From the NCBI RefSeq assembly GCF_018977255.1, contig NW_024704743.1, forward strand, positions 61,382,001 through 61,446,000: 64,000 nt of DNA. The letters are read 5' to 3'. Below the pieces are notes generated by a model, which had not been told where the DNA came from, did no database searches, and worked only from the letters and a program-made list of their open reading frames with translations. Source of the DNA: Callorhinchus milii (Eukaryota). This document shows positions 26,676-39,200 of the stretch, in pieces. Numbering within the stretch: position 1 is the stretch's first letter; every line of letters begins with the position of its first letter. Position numbers and translations under genes: made by a program.

Positions 26676-27019
26676 TACTAGCTTATATTTATTCCCTGTC
26701 ATCTTGGACTCACCAATAAGTAGAGACGCCTCTCAATGTTCACCTTATTGAATCCTTTGATAATCTTAAACACTTCTATCAAGTGCCCTCTCAATTATCT
26801 CAAATCTAAAATGAAAAACTCCAACCTGTCTTGGTAGCTGAATCCATTTATCCCTTGTATCCATGTAAATTTATGCTGGACTCTGTCCAATTCTACAATA
26901 TCCACATAAACATAATAATAATAATCCTAAATTAGACCTACTTGTTCTTGTTATAAATCTAGTTTGACGCCTGGAACAATGGGTCCCATTTCATGCAAAT
27001 ATCACCTCTTCATACTTAC

Positions 27020-27085
27020 ACAGCAAAATACCTTCGCTGCCATATGTTCATCAAACTGGCCAAGAATAATTCGGACATCATTATC
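27020..27085 (-). CDS. GABBR2: GABBR2(-like) coding exon, equivalent to human exon 5 (66 nt): [22 protein letters not shown]
   Basis: Matches GABBR2 [22 protein letters not shown]. Branch-point-like GACTAAC (27103-27109, minus), T-tract, then ctgcag|GAT acceptor; donor TGT|gtaagt. Confidence 0.95.
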
Positions 27086-27518
27086 CTGCAGTGAAAAAAA
27101 AGGTTAGTCAGGAGATAAGCAGGAATTGTATATGGGCTGCAATGTTGGAGGTGCCGACTTTCAGATGAGATGTTAAAACAAGGTCCCGTCTACATGTCCA
27201 GGTGGACGATAGAGATCCGATGGAAATATTTGATGTTCTAGGAAAGAATCCCCCAAATAAAATTGGTCACTCACTTCATGGTTGTTTATGGGGCATTGCT
27301 GTGTGCAAAGTAGCTGCCACATTTGCTTTCAAAAAAGCAAAGTTATTTCACTTTACAGTAAATCTTGTGAAACACCTTACTAATTTGAACAGCACTGTAT
27401 CAATATTCTTAAACAGAAGGAATTTTATAATTATTTGCCCTAGTCTTTTCGGGATAAAGAAAAGAAAAAACAGCCAGATTACTTTTCCCAGTCAGTCTAT
27501 TATATTCTCTAGTGGTTA

Positions 27519-27567
27519 TGTGTGTGTGTATGTGTGTGTGTGTGTGTGTGTGTGTAGGGGGGGGGGT
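27519..27567. repeat. (TG)n microsatellite followed by poly-G
   Basis: Seen directly. Confidence 0.9.
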
Positions 27568-28794
27568 AATTGCGTGGGTGGGAGATGTCAGAGTTGGTTA
27601 TGATGCCTTCTACAGTCGAGTAACCAAATGACATTCACTGTCAAGACATGCACATGAACAACGCCACTTGTATCAGAGGCAATGAATGCTCACGTAATTA
27701 TACCTCAACAACAGAAGACCAGACCAAGAGCAGACAGAAATATACCAGCGAGGAAAGAATTTAATAAAAAGTTGTACTGAATTAAAAAATGTCTGCATTG
27801 GTAAGTGCACATAACACACATGGGCCTGGAACCTTTCATATCCTTAGATTTAAGATCATCATCTGAATTTTGGAAAACATTCAGGCTTAATTTGGAAGTT
27901 AATTTCCTGCGATACCCAAAGAGAACTGTGCCTTAATCAAACTATCCTAAGTGAGTAAAACTATTTGAAAGACGAGTTTCAAATGAATAACATTTGAGGA
28001 TTATATTTCCCCAGGCTTGTTGTTCATGTCAGAGAGGAATGGTTGAATGCTCCCCATATCTAACATCTCATCTCAAATAGAACAAGTGTGCCTGCCTTCA
28101 CAGTGACTCTACTGCCTTAATGTAACAGGATTATCACCTATTGAATCTGTTTGGATCTCCCACAAGATATAACATCAATTGTGCCTCGCCAACCTTTATT
28201 TTTAAAGTATGCCATTGCTCCCTTGTAAATGAGAAATCATAATACTGTATAACATAAAACAAGAAGTCCCTTTTTGCAAGGACACTTATCATTGTCAAGT
28301 TAAGACTTGTTACAATGACTTAATGTGTAAATTACTGAGTGAACAAACTGTACAACTAAAATAAGGATGAAAAGGTTTAGTCTGGATGGCTGGTTCTCCT
28401 CACATAAGTATTAGCAACAAGAACTTACAGTTCTTAGCGATACGCTCAACACCCAACCTAAAGTCACTGAAGTGTCAGTGAGTCTGACACATGAGGGAGC
28501 AGCACATTGCTTCTGACACCAGTTTCTGATACCAGCAGCAGGCAACAAGAACTCATTAGAATGGTTAGTGACCTTTCAGTTACAGCACACTCTGGATTCT
28601 GTTTGATACTTGCCTTCTTCTCCTGAAACTGATGCTGAGAAAGGGGAATGAGCAAGGGAATGGGATTAAAGTTTTATTAGGGAAGCATTAAAAGAGGAAA
28701 GATTGGATGATTGCCCTCCCATGCTGTAACAACATAGAGTGCTGAGCACAGTTTTAGTTACCATAAATGGATTGCTTAGATCATAGATGCAATG

Positions 28795-29460
28795 TAGAGG
28801 AGAGGAACGAGGATGAACTCTGGTGTTAAAGGTATGACTTATGCAAGCTAGGACTCTTCAGTCTTGGAGGCAAACAGAGGGAAACTTATAGAGGAATATA
28901 CAATTTTAAATGGGATTGAGGAAAGTAAACTCAGAACAATATTTTCCAATGCACAGAGACAGCACAAAAGGCTTTGGTTTGCAAAGGACAATTTCCCAAC
29001 AAACACCAGGAAATATTTACAAAACGCAAAATACTGCAGATGCTGGAAATCTGAAAACAAAAATAGAAGTTGCTGGGAACCCTCAGCAGGTCAGGCAGCA
29101 TCTATGGACAAAGAAAAGTGAGTCAATGTTTCGGGTCCACGACCTTTCATCTGATGACACTTCATTCTGATGAAGGGTCCTGGACCCGAAACGTTGACTC
29201 ATTTTCCTTTCTCCATAGATGCTGCCTGACCTGCTGAATGTTCCCAGCGACTCCCGTTGTTGTTACCAGGAAATATCTCTTTACTAGATGATAACTAATG
29301 ACAGTAACAGGTTACTTGGAAGTATGTTGAGCCCATGATGCTGGATTCTTTTAAAAAAAAACAGCTTGATGCTGTGAATGAAGGATGGCAGAGTAGGTAT
29401 TCTGAAAGGATGAGATCAAAAGGGCTGAAGAGTCTTCTTTATCTGAACTGATCTTAGAAT
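28795..29460 (+). mobile_element. Old CR1 3' fragment hosting the fold-back element at 29017-29264
   Basis: RGKLIEEYTILNG resembles CR1 RGDLIEVYKI. CR1-like sequence continues after 29277. Confidence 0.6.
29017..29264. mobile_element. Fold-back (palindromic) Penelope-derived non-autonomous element with hammerhead motif; 12-bp TSD
   Basis: Inverted arms of about 100 bp (about 29057-29154 and 29166-29263). Direct repeat ACCAGGAAATAT at 29005-29016 and 29265-29276. CTGATGA-A-GGGTC-CTG-GACCC-GAAA-CG-TT at 29167-29195. Confidence 0.8.
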
Positions 29461-31355
29461 CATATTGTGTTCTAATAGCACAGAATCCCTTGACACCTAA
29501 CTAATTTAGCCTGGTTTCCAATTCACTTTTTGACACAGAGAATATAGGAAGAAAATATTCCGAATTGATGGAAATGACATCCTGAAAACTGAATCTTGAG
29601 CTACAACAGTCTTTGTAATTAGTCCCATCTTTCTATTCATTTTTTCTTATATTACAGTATGATTTGTAACCTCTCATTCCTGTGTAGAAACCATGTTCTA
29701 AATATCAATTCGCTTGAGGATAATGGCATCCCTCCAGCACTTTGTCCGTGCAGCTTTTCCTCCTGGGTGAGCCTAGACTGTGAGTGGCGGTAAGTTTTTA
29801 ATTAAAAAAAANCTTCCCTCCAACTTTTTCCCTGCTCCTGAAGTTCTGACTCCTTCTGGGGTTCAGTTCCACGGGTCTCTTGTACTCATGTAATTTGTGC
29901 TGAAATAAATCATTACATCATCATGCAATACAGCATTGAGATGAAAGGAATCATGGAGCTTCCCAACCCCTCCGACGGTTCAAGTTATTAAAATCACAGA
30001 CTGGTTTAGTTGTGGTCTGTGCTGAGTTGGCTGACATCAGCTGTGCAGAAGTAGTTGTGCCCCTTGGCAAATGAGGGAGTTAAAAAAAACAGGCTGGCTT
30101 CCTCTTCTGATCACTGACCTGTGAGCCTAGCTAGAAGCTATTCATTTGTGTCAGGCTTGGCTTTGTTTCCTCCTGCAATTGACTAATATATCCCTGTCAA
30201 GACTGATACATAAAGAATGATCACCTGGGCGATGTCCTGTAGGACTGCCAGTGCCCCTGGAACTGTACCAGGGCAAGAGTGAAAACTTGATGTGCCCCAA
30301 ATTATCTTTGTCTTTTTTGACACATCTTTAATGTGTCTGATATGTGCAGAATCCAACATCACGCTTAAGAGTATCCATCCCACCTATACATGGAAATTCC
30401 ATCTTTGTCTTAAAAGTTATGACTGTAAGAAATTTGGGGGGATTTGGGAAAATTGGATTCCAAATTAAAATGGAATATTATTCACAATCGTAATTTTAAG
30501 ACATTGTTAAGGTCAGTAATATGAGAAACATTGAACTCCTGGGGCACAAAATTCAACCTAATATTAGTCTTTAAACCATTTTGTTAAAATTCATGTAGAG
30601 TTGTGAAACCATCTTAAATTCAGGCTTGATTCGGAAGTCATTTTTCTGAATTGTTATGAAGGCCAGCTTCCGTATTAAGACTGAGTTAAATAAAGGTCCA
30701 TAGAGACCTTAGAGATTGAATTTAGTGGAATTCTAGGCCTCATGGAGGTTTCAAATGCCATTATGCAATTCAACGGCAACAGTTGTGGCCTTCAAGCTAC
30801 TGGGTTAGTTTTGGGTAAATTAACCTGGGTTCCTGCTCCTGATCCCTCAGTGAACTTCACCCTGTGATATTTGCTAGCAGTCTGTCAAGGTGTCAATGCC
30901 TCAGTGCCATCCAACCATTAGTTGGTCATTACTTTTCAAGTTTGAAGAAATAGCGAAGCCTGTCTCAGTGTCACCCTCACTGAGCAAATACTCCATAAAT
31001 TATTGCCCTTGTGTTATGTGAGGCCTGTGGAAGGATGTTATGTGTGCCTGTGGAAGGCTAATTTTGTTTCAGGGAAGTATGCCTTCGGAACACTGTGCTG
31101 AGGCTATCCAGAAAAATCTTAAGGAATGCCCTTAGAGGCATTCAATGCAAGCAGGAATCTCTAACATATTTGTCCGGGTTGAATTCCAACAAAGTCCCAT
31201 AGGTGACAAAATAGTCCCTTATTCCCACTGGGCACACTTGAAAAGGACGTTGAAAATTATATTAAAAACTTTTCTGTAAATGATTTAAATTGATGTGTTT
31301 CTCATTCTTTTCTAGACTAGCACTGCATTTTACCTGCGCTGACTCCTGGACTTAC

Positions 31356-31457
31356 CTTAAGCTTTTTGACGCTCGGGCAGGGATCATTAGAAAAACTCTC
31401 GGTGTCTGCAATCTGAATATCTGCTTTCTCCAGTTCATTTGTCAGATCGTTCCTCAC
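31356..31457 (-). CDS. GABBR2: GABBR2(-like) coding exon, equivalent to human exon 4 (102 nt): [34 protein letters not shown]
   Basis: Matches GABBR2 VRNDLT...[16 protein letters not shown]. Acceptor gacag|GTG, donor AAG|gtaagt, in frame with the flanking exons. Confidence 0.95.
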
Positions 31458-32690
31458 CTGTCAGCACAGAAGAAACAGCATTGGTGACAGCTTTACAAGC
31501 ACCTGAAGGACCCTTGCCTATACAATATTCATATACAGGAACCCTGGGGCTAAATATACACTAGCAATGTTTTACAGGATTACAAGAGTTGGTGGCTGGA
31601 AATTCTGCATAATTTTTTTTGGTCAACTGCTTGTCTGACACCTGCAGAAACCCATCACCGTGCTTAAGAGTTAGTGGGTGAATAAAAGTCAGAAAATGAA
31701 TGGCACTGCACACAAAGGTTTGCTATCGAGTCAGAGTGCCAGGTTAAAGGAATGGTTCATAGAGGAATTTGATGAATAGATACAGCCATGTTTAACAAAA
31801 GACCAAATTAATACAACCACAGTATTTTGCAGTATATAATAATAATCTTTGCATTTGATATATATTATCATGACTTTGAGACATCTCAAAGCACTTCACA
31901 GTATATACTGTAAAGTGGAGTGACTGTACATCCTGTGAAGCGCTTTAGCACTCCCAACATGAAAGGCGCTGTACAAAATCATTATTATTATAAATTTATG
32001 TTGTTGTTCAACAGAAATTAATAGCTTTTAATCTTCCTGCATTTGGAAATGTCAATAATATATCAGGAGAATATAGATGAGTCTGTACAGCTACAGACGG
32101 ATCACTGAAATCATGAACAGAATCAATACATTTACACATGACGAGGTCAGAAATAGACTGGTTGAGCACTGGAACAGTAATTGTTTGGTAAAGTATGTAC
32201 CAGCAAAATCTGCCATCAGTTCAATTCCTTTTCTCAGCTCCACAAGTCTCAGGGTAGTTAAACCAATATTAAAAAATCCAGTGGGTTTTAGAGCTTTTGG
32301 AGTGCATTCAAATGGCATTTGGTCATCTGCATTTCAAATCATGTTTTAGCTGCAAAGGTGCTGGACCTGAATTTGTTTCCAGCAACCATGATGATGGGAG
32401 CAAAAATGTAGATTCAGAAAGTTTTAACAGCATTGTGAGATTTTGAGATTTCAGGAGTGACATATTAAAATGTAATTTGCCAATATGAGAAAGTCTGAGC
32501 ACTCCGCAACTAGATTGTGGACAAGACCATCCATTGGCCCTGGAAGAAATGGAGACACTCCTATGTTCATTCACAACATGGCAGGTAAAAGAAACCTTTC
32601 TGGATCTCATACCTCATTTTCTAGGGTCTAGACACCTGATATTTCTCATTTTGTTAAAATTTAAATCATATGAGAAAATTCTTAAATATT

Positions 32691-33527
32691 AGAACATAAG
32701 AACATAAGAAATGCTAGACGATAAAAGATCAAGGTCCATCTAGTTCGCCTTCCACCTTCCTGGTGGTCGCATGCACATAAGTCCCGAACTAACTATGTAC
32801 TGTATCCCATAATGTTATTTCTTAAAACTATCTAATCTGTATTTGAAAGAATCAACACTTCCTGCTTCAACCGTCTCCCTAGGAAGCTTGTTCCACATGC
32901 TCACTGAAATAGTGTTTGCGTAGATTCATTCTGAATTTACCCCCTTCAGTCGCAGGCCCTGTCCTCTGGTTTTACTATTCTGGACAAGTTGAAACAGCCT
33001 GTCATGATCTATATTATCTTGTCCCTTTAGAATCTTAAAGGAAGCAATCATGTCGCCTCTCAATCTTCTCTTTTCCAGCGTGAACATGGCCAATTAACTT
33101 AGTCGCTCCTGATTGTTCAGTCCTTCCATTCCCTCAATCATTTTGGTTGGCCTCCTCTGTATCTTCTTGATTTCTCCAATATCCTTTTTATACTGCGTTG
33201 ACCAGAATTGTACACAGTACTCTAAGTATGTTCTCACCAATGATTTATACAGTGGCAGGATTAGCCCATCATTTTGGCTTGTTATTGATCTTTTGATACA
33301 TCCCAACATCTGGTTTGCTTTACTCACTGACACACAGCATTGTTGGGAGAGTCCAACTTATTGTCAATCAGGACCCCCAGGTCCTTTTCATTTTCCATAC
33401 ATATTATTTTCCTTCCGTTCAAATAATAGTCTCTTCCAGGAATTTTTGTCCCCATGTGAAGTACTTTACATTTCTCCACAATGAATTTCATCTGCCACCG
33501 ATCTGCCCAATTCTCAAGTATGTTCAA
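32691..33527 (-). mobile_element. CR1-clade LINE 3' fragment
   Basis: WADRWQMKF.VEKCKVLHMG, EKDLGVLID, LYKSLVRTYLEYCVQFWS. (AGAACATA)2 terminal repeat at 32691-32710. Confidence 0.9.
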
Positions 33528-33949
33528 ATCCTCCTGTATTGTTTTAATTTACAAGTTGTTTTCCTGCCGTTCTTTTTGAGATTCTTAAATTTGAAAATAA
33601 TGGTCTTTAGGCAAAGGTCTTGAAATGTTCTGGGTCTCTGATTAATATCTTTAAGCTGCTGCAAAATGTACAGCAATTACTCAAAGCAGCTTTCTGACAT
33701 TTATCTGCAGGGAACATCTGCTTACATTTTCATCTCATTAAGATGGTCTTAGTGGTTGCAGTCAGCACTGTTAAAGGACCAGTGCATTCAGGAGAATGAG
33801 TGGAACAAACCTTGTATCATCCCATTATATCACGGTATCACTTGTGTGTGAGATTCTTGTGAGGGACAGCCTTCCTAACTTTTTCTCCCTCCCTTAAGAA
33901 CAAAAATATTTCCCCAAAAGGTATTTTCATGAAATCACCAGGAAACAAT

Positions 33950-34324
33950 ATTAATAATCCTTATATTTGATATTGTACCTATAATGCTGAGAACATCTCA
34001 AAGAGCTTCACAAAATTGCTGTAAAGTGTAGTCACTATGTATTTGCTATACAAATGTAATTTTGTTGGTGGTGTTATAAGTGAACATGTCAGTCAATTTG
34101 AGCAGAGCAACGTTGGACAAACAACCATGTAGCGAATGACCAACTTTAGCCAGATCATCAGGAGAAACTACCCCCTCTTTCAAATATTGCCAAATGACAG
34201 CATCGCTGACAATGTAAAGTTCTCCCAGCACTGCAACTGAATGCCAGCTGAGACTACTATCTCAATGTCCCCACATGGGGCTGTCCCAAAGATGAAAGTG
34301 TTACCAACTGAACCAGGCTAACAC
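33950..34324 (-). mobile_element. Decayed type B SINE; further copies at about 1590-1760(+), 4490-4752(+), 5000-5335(-), 11090-11280(-), 14150-14430(-), 27135-27375(+), 38355-38685(-), 41480-41690(-), 42913-43250(-), 51700-52088(-), 55499-55922(-), 58930-59200(+), 61440-61710(+)
   Basis: Shared motifs (atccttgcatttgatat tail, cacaaacagccatgaagtgaatgacca, ggatctttaatgtccacctgaac) recognised by eye. Confidence 0.7.
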
Positions 34325-35177
34325 CTTGCTGATAGTGCTACCAAATTTGTTGTTCCGTGCTTATAATATTTTTTATGTATCAATGAATGCATGAAATCAT
34401 TAAATTACAGTGCAGAACAATAACAACACAAAATTACATTCACGTCGGGAGGACACCCTGGAAGGAAACTATTGAACTCGTTGAGTAATGCTGATAATTA
34501 ACATGTTTCACCTGTTACAGATGAGGTTGCACTTTTCCCCTATGGGGTAAAGTTTGTGATTTTTTTTAAAAAACTTTTACTCTTGACCTCAGACCTAGGC
34601 TGTCCGAAGAGTAGAATGTTTTTTCCAACCAGACATTTTGTCCTTCTCTGGTAGTTGAACCCTGAAAATAAGTTATAAGTTGCTCCAGAGGCTGCAATTT
34701 ATAATCAAACTCACCCCCCTTCAATGATATCAAAGATGGCAGAAATCTCATCTGAAAGACGGAGTTCATGTACTTAGAAGGGTGCACTGCCACCTAGTGC
34801 TCAATGTCACTGGTGTAATTTAACGTGAGGTAGTTTTACCCCTAGATTACTAGTCACCCATTGAGCAATTTCTGTAGGGTGGCTGTAATGTTTCGGGCAA
34901 TTGAAGGTCGCAAAATATTCCAACCTGTGACTATGTTGGCAAGCGGCAATGTAAACAATGCAGTACAGCAAAACACCACGTATCTGTGTTATCAACCATC
35001 CATATCTTGTATCTGCTTTTTCCGCACCGGGCTTTGAAGCGGACGTGGAAATGATACTGGCACATGAGATGACAATCTGGCTTAAATTGTAGCACTCTTG
35101 TCTCTGAGTCAGAAGGTTGTGGGTTCAGGCCACACACTGGGCTTATATAGTCCAGTACACCAATTTCACCAATTTTA

Positions 35178-35870
35178 GGTGTCTTGTTCAACCCTCAACT
35201 GTCTTTCCTTCCCCACATCCAAGCCATGACCCGCTCTGCTTCCCTCACCTCCATAACATCGCCCGACTCCGCCACTACCTCACCCCTTAGGCCGCTGATA
35301 CTCTTGTTCATGCCTTCATCACATTCAGGCTCGACTATGCAAACGCCCTGCTTGTCGGCCTTCCCAACTCCTCCCTCCACAGACTGCAGATAATCCAGAA
35401 CTCTGCAGCCCGTGTCCTCTCCCGCACCAAACTCTGTGAACCCATCTTTCCCACTCTCACCCGACTCCATTGGCTCTCTATCCTTCAGAGAATCCAGTTC
35501 AAGATCCTGGTCCTCACTTACAAAGCCCTCCACGGCCTCGCCCCACCCTACCTCTGCGACCTCCTAACCCCCTACCAACCCGCCCGCTCCCTCCGCTCAG
35601 CCGGCTCCAGCCTGTTCCGTGTCCCCCGACCCACCCGCCCCACCATTGGCGGGAGAGCCTTCAGCCACTCTGCACCCAAACTCTGGAATTCCATCCCACA
35701 ATCACTCCGCCTCACCCCCTCCTTAGCCTCCGTCAAGTCCAGTCTCAAGACCCTCCTCTTCAACCATGCCATCGCCCCCCCCCCTTTCCCCTCACCTCCC
35801 TTCTCCCCCCCTGACCCCAGCTCAGGTCTGAAATGCTGTACACTGTCCAGCACCTTGAGAGGTCCTCCCG
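35178..35870 (+). mobile_element. L2 LINE 3' fragment, same subfamily as 25632-26675, tail interrupted
   Basis: Colinear high similarity to 25934-26632. Confidence 0.9.
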
Positions 35871-36295
35871 TCCTCATCCTCACCTACAAGGCCATTCACG
35901 GCCTTGCTCCCTCCTACCTCTCCGACCTACTATCCCCCTACTTACCTGCCCGTACCCTCCGTTCCTCTGGCTCCGGTCTGCTCCACATCCCCACCCCAAC
36001 CGCCCTACCATCGGTGGCCGGGCCTTCAGCCTCTCAGCCCCGAGGCTCTGGAACTCTATCCCCCAGTGCCTTCGCCGCCTCCTCCCTTTCCTCCTTCAAG
36101 GCCGGTCTCAAGACCTTTCTCTTTGACCGTGCCTTCAGCTCTTTTGACTCTCTACCCCCTCCTCGCTCCCTCCCTTCCCTTCCCTCACCCTGACCATTTC
36201 CCCCCTGCTCGGGTCCTGACCCAACTGTACAGCGCCTTGGGACGTCCTCCCGACGTGAAAGGCGCTCTATAAATGGAATCTTGTTGTTGTTGTTG
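35871..36295 (+). mobile_element. L2 LINE 3' fragment (third variant) with intact tail
   Basis: LILTYKAIHGLAPSYLSDLL..., FKAGLKTFLFDRAF. Tail cagcgccttgggacgtcctcccgacgtgaaaggcgctctataaat...(GTT)n. Confidence 0.85.
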
Positions 36296-39200
36296 TAATC
36301 TTGTTCGCTAACCCTGCATCACAATTAAGTTTAGAATTACAGTAAATCTCACATAAAGTTGCAATAGTCGGGACCAGAACATTTATTATGTTTTGTGGGA
36401 AGTCCGAGTTGCAGGCAACTGTATGTCATATAAATGTAATCAATAATCCAATTTAATCAATTATCTACACTGCGCATGAGTAATTCAACGCAGCTGGTAA
36501 GTGCGTGTGCGGAGATGGGTCAAGACTACCCATTTCCCACAATTCAATGTGTATTGACCTGTCGGCGTATGCGCACTTACCGACAAGTGGAATCACATTA
36601 AATTGTGGGAATTGAAGTTCTTCTGCACAAGCCAGTCAGTGTGGGAGTAATGGAGGGTAGGGGAGCCATGTTACAAGTTAAGAGGTGATTAATACGAGCA
36701 GTACAAAGAAATCTAAGTGATTTTCATAGGAAACTGAATGGGATTCGGGTGAATCTCTGATTTAGGCAATTATACGATTTATAAAGATAAGACTTGTACA
36801 AATTTTACTGTAAATTACATTGCGCTCACCAGAGCACAAATTCATTTATAACGTGGTTATACTGTGGACCCCGAATCATTGTGTATGGGCACAGCTGCCC
36901 CACTCGCTTCCTGTGCCTTGATCTACCTTTTGCTCTAAAACAGTTGTCTCCAACCAGTCGATTGACTTCTTGGAGCATGAAGATGTAGCCCACCAAATAC
37001 CCTCACCAGTCCAGGCAAGTCCGGGTCAAAGTTCCAGTAGCTACTGAGCCCCAATACTCAAGGGCAAGCCATAAATTAAGAAAAATTCAATAAAGAAAAA
37101 TGTATTTGTTGGTCAACCATAAAAGTTGGCAACCACTGGTCTAAAATAACTGATTTCTGTCATCAATGTAATTTCCTGCTTTGCTGCTGAACACAGAGAG
37201 CTGTGCTGATGCCCTACAAAATAAATACTTTACAGTAAACCCTATGAAATGCTTTGCGCATTTGAAGCATTTCATGTCCTCCTGCTATAAAGGTGCTATA
37301 TCAAATGCAAGGTTTATTTGTATTATTACTAACAACAAGGAACAAATTGCATTTATATAGCACGTTTCACATCAGGAGGATGTCCCGAGGCACTGGACCG
37401 TCTAGGATTTGCACCCTTGAAATAATGGCAGATTGAGAGGGAAAGAGAGAGAGAGTCAGAGAGAAATACAGTGGTAGAGAGAGAAAGGCTGGCATAGTGT
37501 CACAATATAACAGTACAATTTTTGATTGGAAGAAGTATTTGGTTGTCACTGTAACCAATTTGCATTTTGTGTGATGTTCAAATATTCACACTTTTTGCTT
37601 ATTCACAATGAAGCCAGTTCCAATTTGTGCAAATAACTGTCTTTCTGCTGTGCAACATATTAAAGTACAGTCCTGTGAACATCATCTACTCTGATAGCCT
37701 CTTACAGAGGGCTGAGGGCAAGGGGAATATAATGGACTCAAACTTCAGATAAACTGGCTCCAATCAATCATGTAGGATCCCAGGGTGCTACTTAAAGCAC
37801 CTCATTGTACTTATTTTCCTTAACAATATAACACAATGCCCAAGTTAGTTACTTATAACAGCACTGTCAGTGTACCATTACTGGCGAAGAGCAAAGTGGA
37901 GATAGTGAAAATTTACACAAGCTTCTTCAGGCTCAGGTACATAAAGATGTCAAATGCATCAAAGCTCAGAATGTAATGAGATGACTGCTATGAATTATTT
38001 ACTGATGATTCCTGTTCACGTATTGGCTACTTCATTGTCTAAATTGTCAGGCACCATTTCTGCTGCAAAATATTGATTTATACAATACAAATTTACATTT
38101 ATATAGCACCTTTCAAGTTAGGAGGACGTCCCAAGGGGCCTCACAATACTAGCTTGGCAATACTGATATGTTTACAAGTCCCCTTTTTCAAGTCCAACCT
38201 GAAAACCTTCCTCTTCGACCGTGCTTACGGCCACATAATACATAATCATTTAAAGCCTCAAATTATGCAGGAACATCTATTTTGCATATCTGATTCTGTT
38301 GCCTAATTTAATGTTGTGTCTCCTAGCGTCACCTCATTTTCAGGCACAATGATAATATAATAATAATCCTTGCAATTGATATAGAGCCTTATCACGTTGC
38401 CAAGACTGCTCAAAGTGCTTCATAGGATTTTATAGTGAAGTATAGTGACTGTGTATTTGTAGGAGAATGTGACAGCCAATTTTTGCATAGTATTGTCTGA
38501 CAAACAGCATGAAGTGAGTGATTAATTTCATCTGGGAGAATTGATTGACTAGGACACTGGGAAAAATCTCTTTTCTTTCTGAACACCGCCATGCGATGGG
38601 ATCTCAGTTTAATGTCTCATCTGAAAGATGGCACCTCCAGCAATGAAGTGCATTCCCAGCACTGCACTGGATTAACAGCCTAGACTGCACTAGTGCACTA
38701 ATTAAAGGTCATTGTTATTCTATTAAATAATAACAATAATGCTTGCATTTGATATATCACCTTTTATGTTGGAAGGATGTCTTAAAGCGCTTCACAGAAT
38801 ATATTGCAAAGTAGTGACAGTATATTTTGCAGGTGAACGTCAACAGTAGAGTGATTTGTCTGTCATTTCAAATAGTGCAGTGGATTAGGGCATTGCTCTC
38901 TCATATCTGGGGCTTGGGTTTAAATCAAGATGGAGATTTAAACACAACAGTACAGTTAATGCAGAGCTACATAAACAATCTCACTCAGAAAACTTGTCCG
39001 CAGGACAGCATGTGTGGAAAAATGATATTTAGATCTAGTTTGCTGAATTTCTTAACTGGAATCTTTAATAAAGAATTGAAATGTCATTTTGTGGGATACT
39101 GTCTTAAGTCAACAAACAAAAACAGTTAAGGCAGTATCCTGTGAATTGGTGCTCCAATGTTAGCATGCCCAAAAGCTCAAAGATCAACAAGTGCAATGGC

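Noticed and set aside
29812..29812. Single N base
   Set aside because: It is an assembly ambiguity after a poly-A run and has no biological meaning.
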